From Lama glama (Eukaryota), in the NCBI GenBank assembly GCA_028534125.1, contig CM052816.1, positions 76,138,001-76,202,000 on the forward strand: a stretch of 64,000 nucleotides of DNA, read 5' to 3'. A program made the position numbers and the translations under genes. The notes beneath the pieces are model-generated. The model did no database searches. It saw nothing but the letters and a program-made list of their open reading frames with translations, and was not told the origin of the DNA. Shown piece after piece: positions 49,820 through 61,608 of this stretch (position 1 is its first letter; every line of letters begins with the position of its first letter).

Positions 49820-50030
49820 ATTAGAAACACAAACTCTGAAGACCTGTTTATTTCTTGGATTCAAATTCTGTCTGATGGGCTGTTAATCCTTTGCAAATTC
49901 TTTAACTTACCTCTGTGTAACTCAATTTTTCCATCTGTAAAATGGGGAATAGTGAAGATTCAATGAGTTCATACATGTAAAATATTTGATAAGTGCAGTT
50001 GAATTATAAGCAGTCAATAAATTTTTAATA
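49820..50030 (+). mobile_element. MIR SINE
   Basis: ttggattcaaattctg..ctcaatttttccatctgtaaaatggggaata..gaagattcaatgagtt. Confidence 0.8.
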
Positions 50031-51229
50031 TTAAGTACGAGAAGGAAGAGGAGTAGGAGGAAAGTGGGAAAAGAAGGAGAAATTATCTTCTTTATGGGAG
50101 GACTATGAAGTTACTGAACAGCAGAGGTCATGTCTTATACACATGTACATCCTTGCAAGATTTAGCTGGTAATAGATGCTCAGTATTGTTCAAGTATATG
50201 GGTGAATAGTAAGTGAATGTACCAAATTATAGTCAGCCGTAGCTGACTGATGCTTTGCTTACATTGGCTAAGGGACTGCAGTGGATTCACTAGTTACTTT
50301 TGGTATTGTGAAAACTTAACCACAGATGTAAAAATGTGACCTCCCAGACTTTGAGGCACATAGAGCATTTTGCAATCATGATGGAGGATTTAGAGTGAGA
50401 AGCAGCATTTCTGTTATAGTGATATATTTCCTCTAGTTTCCTGCACACCGTACATATGTCTGCCTTAAATAAATTCAGTATCAAACTCCACAGTGTGATA
50501 GACCCAGCCCTCCCTCCTGCCCCTTAGATCTTAAAGCCCTATCTCTTCAGGACCTCCCTGAGGAATATGTATCAAGATTCTGGAGTAGATACTAGGTTGA
50601 ATCTAGAGTGACCACAGTGGACATCTTCATGGTATCTTAACACAGAAGTAGTTAATCTGATAAACTACTTATTCTAAGGTATTACAGAATGATGTGTTAT
50701 CCCCTGGAAAAGCATTTTTAGTTAGAAGATCAATGAGTCCTAGGGATTTCTTAGTATTCCATTCATCCATTCATTCAGCAAACTATGTGCCAGTGTTGAA
50801 AATTCAAAAATTAATAAAAATAGTCCTTAGCTTCAAGGAACCTGTAGAAACAAATGATTAATTATTACATTTGAGACATTAACAGGGTAAATATTTTGGT
50901 TGAGTTTTTTCTTGGAAATTTTCGAATCACACCTTGTGAGGAACAACTGATCACACATACTCGAACACTATTCTAGAATCTAAGATACTTCTGGAAGGTA
51001 GAATGTAAATAAATAATGATCCGCCCAGGGTGTCATCCCACAATAGCACAGACAAAGCTCACTAAATCTATTTATTTGATGCTCTTAACTGGAGGCATTC
51101 ATACTGATTTTGTCAACTCTTACCTAGATCTTCAAGCAGCCAGTTTCATATGCTGATGATTACTCAGTTAGAAGGAAGCTGACCAGCTCATGTACAGCCT
51201 AAAATAATGTCTGAAAATTGTATTTTTAA

Positions 51230-52350
51230 AAAGACATACCAATTATATAATATATGGTTTTGCTTGTTACAAAATTAATAGATGCATGCACATCTATTTT
51301 ATTATTATGTATTCTGTCTTTGACTTAATATTTATGATACTATAAAACTATCACTGGTTTCTCTACAAGACTTTTAAATAACTGCCTAATATTTCATCAA
51401 ACCTTACCACAATTTATTTCATTATATCTTGTTTATATAGTACATTTCAGATTATTCCATTTATTTTGCAATTATATGCAGTACTGTGAAGAAAATCCTG
51501 AAAGTAAAATTACTGAATCTTCATCATCTTTAAAATTTAACCATCTTTGTTGACTCAAAGGTTAGGAAATTGTTCTGTTTCCGTCTAAAAAGTTTGTTGT
51601 TTTACTTGCAGCTCATGTGGGACAGATTTTTTGCATATAGTATGAGTTAGTGGCCACGGCTTAATTTTTACCATGTGCCCATCCCCCTGACACAACACTT
51701 ATTTACAAAACCATTGTAAATGGCCTCACTGCAATTCACTGTTAGCTTTAAAAAAAAATTTAAGTAATTTTCATAAATATACATTTGCATTTGTTTTTAG
51801 ACTCTACTGTTCCATTGGTCACTTTGTCCAATCTTGGGCCAAAACAATAGTGTGTTATTTACTATATTACTTAGTACTTATTTACTGTGTAACTTTATCA
51901 CAAGTTGAGATATTTGCTAAGACTTTCAGCTTTGTTCTTCTAAAAATGCCTTGGCTGTTCTTTGTCCTTTGCTCCTACATATGAATTTTTGAATCAAGCC
52001 ATTAATTTAAAAAGAAACAATTGTGATATTTATTAGGATTAATTTGAAAGTATTGATTAATTTGGTGAGGATTTTCATCTTACCAGTATTGAGACTTCTA
52101 ATCCATGAAATGATATATCCCTTATTTATTTTATTCTTTTTTCATCTCTCTCTTTAATGTTTTATAGTTTTTCATGTAGAGATTTTATAAATTTTTATTT
52201 AAATATAGTCCCATGTATTTGACATTTTAATGTTATTGCTAATGGCATCATGTCTTAAATTTAGTTTTCACATAGTTGTGGCTAATTCATGGAAATGCAG
52301 TGGATTTGGGTATCTTGATTGATCATGTAGCTGGTAACTTTTCTAGATTC
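51230..52350 (-). mobile_element. Old L1ME-like ORF2/3' fragments
   Basis: tttttgcatatagtatgag, ctctactgttccattggtc, ccttggctgttctttgtcctttgctcctacatatgaatttt, gtattgagacttctaatccatgaa. Confidence 0.75.
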
Positions 52351-52354
52351 ACTG

Positions 52355-53015
52355 TTTTTAAATTTCTATTTTGGAGAAAAGTCCTTACAGAGAATCTGCA
52401 AGGATAGTACATGTACTCCTAAATATCCACCAGTTGTTAATATTTTGCCACATTTATCATTTTTCTATATATAAAATAATAATGTTTATTATTACTGTTG
52501 TTGTTGTTGTTGTTGAATGATTTAAGAACAAACTGCAGACATCAGGAACATCTACTCCTAAATAGTCTTGTAGTTAAAAAATGTCCTGTCTTAAAAAAGA
52601 GGACATTTTCTTATACAAAAGACTAAAATTATTAAGTTCACTAACTTTAATTTTCATACTATTATCTAATCTGTGTATTATCAAATTATCTCTATAATGT
52701 CCTGTTTAACAACTTTATTTTTCCTGATCCTAGATTCAATCAAGGATCACACATTATATCCAGTTGTAATGTCTCCTTAGTCTCCTCTGACCTAGAACAG
52801 ACCCTCAACCTGTCTTTGTCTTTACTAACAGTGAAACTTCAGAGGAGAACAGGCCAGTTGCTTTGTGAATAGCTGTCAATTTTTGTTTGACTACTTCCTA
52901 TGACTTCATTTGGATTATTAATTTGTAGTAGGAAAGCCCCATAAATGATATAATCTTTTCAGTGCATCACAGTAGGAGAAATATAAATATAATTCCAATT
53001 TGTCCCATTATTGAT
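52355..53015 (-). mobile_element. L1MC4/5-like 3' end
   Basis: tgcaaggatagtaca, caccagttgttaatattttgccacattt, tcaatcaaggatcacacattatat..gttgtaatgtctccttagtctcc. Confidence 0.8.
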
Positions 53016-53019
53016 TGTA

Positions 53020-53173
53020 TGAAGTACATGTTGATTGTAGTATTTTGGATATGTTGGATTTAAAATATATTGCTAACATTAGCTTTACCTATTTCTTCAT
53101 TTTTGTTTTAGTATGATGTCTAGATAATTTAAATTATTTACATGAGTTACATTATGTCTATTGAACAGGGCTA
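53020..53173 (+). mobile_element. MER33-like hAT-Charlie fragment (3' half)
   Basis: tattttggatatgttgg..aaaatatattgctaacattagctttacctatttc..acattatgtctattgaacagggct. Confidence 0.7.
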
Positions 53174-56005
53174 CCTTAGAGCATCCACTAAAAATGTAAA
53201 ATAAAGAGGTATATATAATAAACAAGTAGTAAAAAAACAAAACTAATCTAAAATTGGCCCCATAAAAAGGCAGAAAGAGTAAAAAGGAACAACAAAAAGA
53301 TGGGAAAATAGAAAACAAATAGCAAATGATAGATGCAAACACAATTGTACTGAAAATTACATCAAATGTAAATATTCCAAACACTCCAATAAGTATTTTG
53401 AGAATGTCAGATTGGTTAAAAAAAAAAAAGCATGATCCACACATATGTAGTCTGCAAGAAATCCACTTTAAATATAAAGACACAGATATATATAAAGGAA
53501 AAATGATAAAAAGGAAATATTTTTCAAATATTAATCATAGAAAACCTGAAGTGGCAATATTAATATCAAACTATTGAAGGAATACTGTCAGGCATAAGGA
53601 TGGATGCTCCATAATAACAAAGAGTTCATAAGAGTTCATTCATTCAGAAGATACAATGATTCTAAAGCTGTACCTATCTAATAATAGATCTTCCAAACAT
53701 ATGAACCGATGTTGACAATGGAAAGGACAAAAAGACAGATCTTTAGTTGTGGATGTGTAGATTTCAATACTCTTCTCTTAGCAATTGATAGATCAAGTCA
53801 TCAAAAAGCATATAGAATACATGAACAAAATGATTCACCAACTTGTCCTAATTGATGTTTTTAGAACATTTTACCAAATAATAGCAGTATCCTTATTCTT
53901 TTCAAGTGTACACAGAACAGTTACCAAGATAGACCACATTCCGGGCTAGAAACAAGTCTCAAGTAATCTTAAAGAATTAAAATCATTACATTTAAAGATA
54001 CTCTGTAATTCTATAGAGTATGTTCTTTGATCAAAATTTAATAAATTAGAAATTAATAATGGAATGTTATCTTAAAAATCCTTAAATATTTAGAACTTAA
54101 AATATTAAGAAGTAAACTTCTAAATCACCTATCAAAGAAGAAATCACAAGAAAAATTAGTTAATATTTTGACCTTAATCAAAATGAAAACTGCAAATAAA
54201 TAGAAATTTATGGAGTGTGACTAAAGCAGTAATTAGATGTAAACAAAAGCTTTAAATGCTTATGTTACAAAAGAGAAAATATCTAAAACAAATTACTAAA
54301 GCCAATCTTAAGAAGGTAGGAAAAAAGGGCAAATGAGACCCAAAATATGTTGAAAGAAAGAATAGAGTGAAAAATTAATAAACAAAAATCAGTAAAAAGT
54401 CAATTCAACCAAGAGAATAAACAATTAATAAATTTCTAACTACATCAATGAAGGAAAAAAAGAGAAGCACAAATTATCAATGTCAGAAATAAAAGGGAAA
54501 TAATTAAAGTCTATGGAAATTAAGGATAGTAAGAGAATTTAGGAACAACTTCATGCTAGGCAGAATTCTAAGATGGCCTTCAAGATTCGTACCCCAGGGG
54601 TACCTGCATTGTATAATCCTCTCCCCTCAAGTGTTGATGGGATTTATGAATATGATGAGGTAGTCACTCCAGTGATGACCTTACATTGTATAAAACTATC
54701 TTATCAGACTAGAGTGAGAGTCTCTTGCTGGCCTTGAAAAAGTAAACTGCCATGATTTGAGAGGACCTGTGAGAGAGCCATGTTGTAAGGCACCATTGGT
54801 AGCCTCTGGAGCTGAGAGAGACCCCCCCAGGTGACAGGCAGCAAGAAAATGAGGAATGGGGGAAAGTGATGTCTGCCAATAATCACGTGACCTCAAACTC
54901 CAGAAAGGAATGCAGTTCTCCAAATACCTAAATTGCAGTCTTGTGAGGCTTGACTCAGTTAAGTCCTGTCTGGTCTCCTGCTTACAGAATCTATGAGGTA
55001 ATAAATGTGTGTTGTTTTAAGCTAAGTTTTTGGTGACTTGTTTTGCAGCAGTAGAAAATGAATACAAATTTAATGACTTGGATGAAATGGAGAAATTTAT
55101 TGATTCAAATTACCAAGTCTGGTGTAAAAACAATCTGAATAGGCCTTTATCTTTTTTAAAAAATTGAATTCGTATATTAAAAATTTCTACAAGAGGAACT
55201 ACTCTAGGTCCGTATAGGTTTATTAGTAAAATCTACCAAACACTTAAGGAAGAAATACTGTCAGTCCTACATGAACGCTTATATATAGGAGGGAATAACT
55301 TATTTTATAAGAGCGGATTATCCTAATACCAAAACAAGATAAAGACACTGCAAGAAAAGAAAACCAAAGAACAATATCCTTCATGAACACAAAGACAAAA
55401 ATGATTTGAAAAATAGTAAATAATAAATCAAGCTCAATAATATGTAAAAAGCGTATGTCATGACTGACATTTACCTCAGGAATGCAAGGTTGATTTAACA
55501 TTCGACAAAGTAAAGTTTATTTCAGGAATTCAACTTTTGTTTAATGTTAAAAACCAATTAATATAATTTACCATGTCAACAGACTTTTTAGAAACCCACG
55601 TAGATCATATTAATAAAGAAAAATCTCAGGATATTCAACATTTATTCATAATAAAAACTCAGCAAATTTGGAATAGAGGGAAATTTTCTTAAAAAAGGAC
55701 ATCTATGACAAATCTGTAGCTAACATCAAATCAAGCTGAAATATTGAACACTTTCTTCTTAATGGGTAGCAAGGCAAAGATGTCCTCTCATAACTTCTGT
55801 TTGATGCTGTTCTAGAGGGCCTAGCCAGTGCAGTTGCTCAAGGGGAAAAAAGGCATATACATTGGAAAGGAAATAGTAAAACTGTCTTCACAGAAAACTA
55901 CCGATCTAAGTGAATTTAGCAAAATTTCAAAACATAAATTCAATGTGCAAAAATCAATTATGTATCTATATTATAGCAGCAAACCACTGGGTAATGAAAT
56001 TACTT
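53174..56005 (+). mobile_element. Old L1 ORF2 remnant (endonuclease through RT), split by an MLT1
   Basis: ORF 53326-53577 (ITSNVNIPNTPI..SDWLKK..DPHICSLQEIHFKYKD) is the L1 APE endonuclease N-terminus; RT-region DNA such as caggaatgcaaggttgatttaacatt follows; many stops and frameshifts. Confidence 0.9.
54552..55066 (+). mobile_element. MaLR solo LTR, MLT1E/F-like, nested in L1
   Basis: taggcagaattctaagatggcc, gcctctggagctgagag, taataaatgtgtgttgttttaagct..gcagcagtagaaaatgaataca; TSD-like aactt/aattt. Confidence 0.88.
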
Positions 56006-58689
56006 ATCCATATGTGAAGAGACACCTTTATGCATTTGGGAATTGTCAGATGCATAAAGGGAGTATATAGATGGCTTCATCTCTATTTATTGTCTATTTT
56101 GCAGGTTGTATCACTTTCTTGTATTCACAATTGACTATAACTGCATTTTTTTTTCCTATTTTGTCATAATGGGAAATTTGGAGAGGCTGTAATGCGGGAT
56201 GCTAGCTAAATGTCATATTAAATCTAAATTCTGACCTTTTTAAAGAAAAATGGTTATTCTTAAGATAATCTTGGTGAATACTTTTTTTCAACATCTATAA
56301 TTTTAAGGTAAACTGTGCCTGGTGTCATTTTCTTGACTAATTGGTATAAGCACGTCTTTGTAATTCAGGAACTGGGAGAGCTGGCTGAAGATTAAGGGCT
56401 TGCTCTCTAAGTGCTGGGATTGGGACAATAAAGGAACAGTATTAAAATAGTTTCTTAAAGACATAGCCACTTTGAATTGCTTGCAGTTTTTAACTATATA
56501 GAATTAGTCATTTCTCTTCTGTACTGATAATGTTGGGATTAATGGCTATATTAAGCAAATGGAGGAATTACCAAATTGCTGTAGGGGAAAATGAAAAGGC
56601 CAATTTATTTCTCTTTTTAAACGTAAATCCCCCAAAAGTAATTACTTTGAGATTATGTTTCCTATGCCTTTCATCACAGTTGCTACCAGATGATAATCTT
56701 GGTTGAGTTTGCCTTCTTGAGGGGAAAAAAAGAGACTTTTATAACAAACACACATGTACTAACCAAACAAGGTTTAGATGTAGAAATTAATTCCATATGT
56801 GAATGTGTAACCATGACTAAAACCGTGACTGCAGTGAAGACACAATCTGCTACAAAAACAATCAGCTTATCTGCTTGAACTCAGGCATTAATGTCTTTTA
56901 TCCTTTGACTTGAAAGAGATATAAAATTATCTTTCAGCAATATTAAGATGATAAAATATTGTATTTGAATAGAAAATTCCCTTTTTGGTAGATTTATTGA
57001 GATAAACATTCTTCATTATGCAACTTATAATTTATTAGAAAAATAATGAATTTCCATTTATGGAAATGATTTCTCTAACATTAGTTTAATGATGCAAACT
57101 AGAATTAATTATATAGTTGACAAACAGCAGAAGTCAAAGACCTTGAAGACTGAGATTGAAAACAAGAAAAAAACCAAAGGAACCCAAACAAAACAAAACA
57201 AAACAAATCTCTGTAAATCATCACCGTGACCAATGCTTGGGGTTATTTCCCACTTACGAGGTGAAAAATCATAGCAGCTCATAGTGATTTTTGCTTTATG
57301 TGTATAAATAAAAATGGTTGGATTGCCAAGGTGTGTCAGTTTCTGAGGCATAACACAAGGCTATGAGGAGGAAGTCAGTTTAATTCTCAGAATGAGAGAA
57401 TGAATAGATTTCCCGGGTTAACCAGAATGCATGCTTAGAAGAATTTAGTGGTAACTAAGCCTAGAGAGATATTGCATGAAATTGGAAGGAAAATCAGGAA
57501 AAACTATCTCAGTAGCAAGGGGCTCTAGGGAGTGGAAGTAGTAATGATGCAGTAAAAGCAAAAAGTAACCAGGTTTGAAGCCAAAGGACAAGGAGTAAAT
57601 AGGTAATTATAGAAAGAAGATCAGATGTCAGGCAAGGTTGAATTGTCACTGACAGCATTGTTGGACTTGGCTGTTGGGCATCCTATGGAGATAAGTCTTT
57701 TGTTCTTTGCGTGGTAACTATTTTGAGTCCAATTTTTCTCTTTCATGCCATGTCAGACATGGTAGAGTATCAGTCTCTCTCCATGAATACAATCTTTAAT
57801 GTCTTGGGTGAGGACTTTAATATCAGGATCATTTATGAGTCCCAGACTATGCTAGCAAATGAATAGCCTCAGGTCTAGGATGCTAGAAGTGGACATTGAT
57901 TGGATACAAAGGTTGGCTGTACATACACACGTGCAGATGCTAACACACATATACATGTCATGATTTAGGTTATGTACAGATGAATGGTGATTGAGGAGAT
58001 GAGTTGGGGAGAAATGGACAGATACGGAGTTTGAGTGTCAATAACAGGCAAGAGATGGATGAGCAAAATCTGAAAGAGACTCAGGATGTGATAATGTCAG
58101 ATTAAGGGTCTACTGGGAAGGAAAAATTCAGATAGGACATAATTATAAATCAGAGAATTTAAAGATGTGCTTGTTTATCTAGAATATGGAAGTGAGTAGG
58201 TGAAAAATGAGAGGAAAAAAATGCTTTATTGTCAAAGCTGATTGATATTTTGAATGTTGAAGAATTCTGAGGAAAACAGTTATAATTCTGAGTCTACACC
58301 CTTATGTGAACAATGTATCTAATAAAACATTTACTTGGATCACACCTTGCTGAAGGTAAGTCTGTTGTTTCACATAATTTGTATATTTAGATTAATTGTG
58401 GTTCATTAAGGCTTAAGAAAGAAGTGTCACTTGCAGTCAGGGTTTACTCATGATCTGGGAACACTACCAAACAAGCAGGAAAAAGAGTCGTTTTAGGAAG
58501 TCTTTAAAGGATCATAAATAGTAAGCTGCTTCATTCTGGAAACCAGGACAGAAATACAGGATACTCATGTGCAGGAGGATTTTAATTCGACATCAGAATA
58601 TTTTTCAAACCCAAGACTTTTTTCCCTTATCATGACTAGACTTTTGCTGTATCTCCTAAGATTTTTTTATTTAAGGTTGGCTCCACTCT

Positions 58690-59180
58690 AATATAGAATG
58701 AACTTTCTAAAAACATTTCCTGTTTAACATCCTTCAATTGTTCCTCCAAGCTTTCCTCTAGACTAATGTGGTTTACAAGGGTACTCACAATAGAGCTCTT
58801 GGTTAACTCCATGATTCAGTCACCGTAAACTGAGTGAAGTTCCCCCATGCTATGCTTTCTTTACACACTTTGAGCATCTCCTTCATTCATCTGGAGCACT
58901 TTCCTCATATGCACTCTTTTTTTCCTGTCTCTCCAGATCTGACTCCTATGTTACGCTTTAATGAATGCTTCCGTGACCTCTCGCTTTGTCCTCAAGTTTG
59001 AGTGAATTGTGGCACTCACTTCGTTGCTTTGTCATTATCTGTCTTAATCTGGTTCTCTGACTGAAATAAAGTTTTCTTAAGGATAAGAACTCTGTTTTAT
59101 TCATTGTTGTATTTCTATTACTTGGCACAGTAACTGGCATTACAGGCCACCCAATAAAAGTTTATTGAGTAAACAAATAG
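58690..59180 (+). mobile_element. L2 3' region
   Basis: tcctgtttaacatccttcaattg..cttggcacagtaactggcat..caataaaagtttattgagtaaacaaat. Confidence 0.7.
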
Positions 59181-60228
59181 ATTATGACCTGGAAGAACCG
59201 TATTTTAACCAAGAGGCAGGGCTTTCTGGAGACAATATGTGTTTTGAGTTAGGATAATTCTTAACAACCACCCTTCCTATCTCCTCATTTGAATTAAGCC
59301 TCAACTGGGGTGGGGTGGGGGAGGTTTAGTAGTTGATGATCACACTTCCTGCTTCTGCCTTTAAATTCCCTCATCCGGAGCTGGCAATGTAATCTCCCTT
59401 CTATAAGCTATTTTTAAAAGTCACTTGAGTGTCCTTTTCCTTCAGGAGGTAAGAAGTTGTAATGAGTCACCCCAGTTCTTTTCTCCCAGTCACATTGGTG
59501 ACAGTAGTAATTTACCTACATGATATGAAACTCCATTCTGATAAGTACCTGAGTGAACACTACCTCTATGAGATGCCTGGTCAGATTAGGTGCTGATGTT
59601 GGGACTTCAGAATTGAAATTTTCTAAGGAGCTATTGAAACTGTATAAATCTCATACCTATCATAGTGGTTTTAATCAGTTTTATTAATTTATGTTCTTTA
59701 GTCTAAACCAATAGATATTAAATAAAAACCACAAATGTGTGAAGAAAAGTCACAGTGAAAGAAAATTCTGTTACAAGGAATCTTAATTATTCTGTCTCAT
59801 TTTACATTTTGAGGATGTCGAAATTGGGGACCAATCTATCTTTACCACTATTGTGGTCCTTCTGTTATCTCACTTTTGGATCTGTTTGCTATCTCATTTT
59901 TTTGAAAACCATTTTACATAATACCCATGGACTGTTACCCTATAATTTTCAGTTACAGCATATGGAAAACAACCTTGCAAAATGTGAAATAGTGTACTCG
60001 TTTTTATCTGATTATTTATAAAAATGACTCACTGAAAAGGGGAGTATTTCTTAGAAATAAAAATAGAACATAAGTATAACCAACTAATGCTTATCTTTTT
60101 TTTTCAGTCCATTTAAGGGGAAATCACTATTTTTTAATAGTCCAACAGTTTATATTAGTAAGTCGAGGGGTTTAGTCATGAAGTGATGAGACTTAGCTCT
60201 ATTACATTCTGTTAAAATAATTACTCAC

Positions 60229-60275
60229 CGTTTCCTGAGTCAGATGCATATTCTGTTTAGCCTTCCGTAGATCAC
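60229..60275 (-). other. Candidate 47-nt exon of an unidentified transcript
   Basis: Acceptor tttctctccactatcacttgtag|G and donor ACG|gtgagtaa in apparently unique DNA; no transcript evidence available. Confidence 0.3.
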
Positions 60276-61608
60276 CTACAAGTGATAGTGGAGAGAAATT
60301 GGTACTTTAATTCAGTTTTCTGTTGTTTTTACAGGGACATCCTGTGACCAAGTTTTTATTTTTTGGCATATCATCAGAAGGATAAGTAAAAAATTAAGTT
60401 GTTGTTCTACAAAAATACTTTCCTGAGAGAACTGTGACTTCTTAGGTCACTTACTGTCTTATTCTGAGGCCAGGTTATGAGGGGAAGACTTAGGAAAGAC
60501 AGGAGTTTGTTTGATTGTTTTATAGTAACCTGTAGAAGTAAAGTCTGGAAATAAAATTTGATGATGAAAGCTAGGATGTATTATTAAAAATAAGTGTTAA
60601 ATGGAACTAGCGATTATCTTGCAAATTACTAGGATGACCACAGTACTACAAATTTGAGTTTCAAACTGAATTCAGTTGTCCATTAATCATATTCAAGGTA
60701 GCAAAAATAATCAGCACATTGTCTGGCCCTTTTTGCATCCAATAAATATTGATTCCATTTCTTTTTGTCTGAAGTTGTATGCTTCATCTTTATCCATAAA
60801 CACTCCACCTCAGATCTGTTTTTCTTCCATTGTAATAGAATTTAATAAAAAAAGAACTGATATAAAATTTCCAATTTCCCTAAAGATCTGTGTTTACAGC
60901 TCATGGCAAGTGATTTTTTTTCCTGGCCCAAGGTATATGTCTTTGAAAATCAAATCTGAATGTCTGGATTTCAGCTTGAGTTGTGCAAACATTTTTTTTT
61001 TTTAAATTGGTTCCATGAGACCCCTGGAAGTCTAACTTAAAATGGGAAAATACATTTTTCTAAGTTTCCCTTGTCTTATGTACTTGGAATAGTAAATGAA
61101 TTCATACTTATGAATTCTACTTTCTAACCAATAATAAACTTATATGGGAGTTAGGAGATGGGATATTTTAACAAAGATTTTAGATGCATATAATTTATAT
61201 ATTACTGATTTAAGGAATTAAAAAACTTATACAAGAAAACTCTCAACATGCTACAAATCTACTGAACATGAATTAATAAATTTTAATTATTCAGACAATA
61301 CTTTGGTCTCTTACCAGTCTTCCTGATATTGCCAAGGATGTTATTTGTCATTGTACTGTAAATACGAGGAAGCACTGATTATAGTAGACTTATAGCTGAA
61401 AAAGTCCAAACAGACTTTGATTGTACTTGTACACAGACACACACACACTACACATACACTTACATATATTTATCTAAGCAGACTATAAAAAGCAAATGAC
61501 ATTTATATCTAGTCTCATGACCTCTAAAGATATCTTACTTAAAGGTATTAGGTAATTTACCTTGCAATAAATCTATCAACCAATAAGTCTAATTACTTTA
61601 AACAAAAA

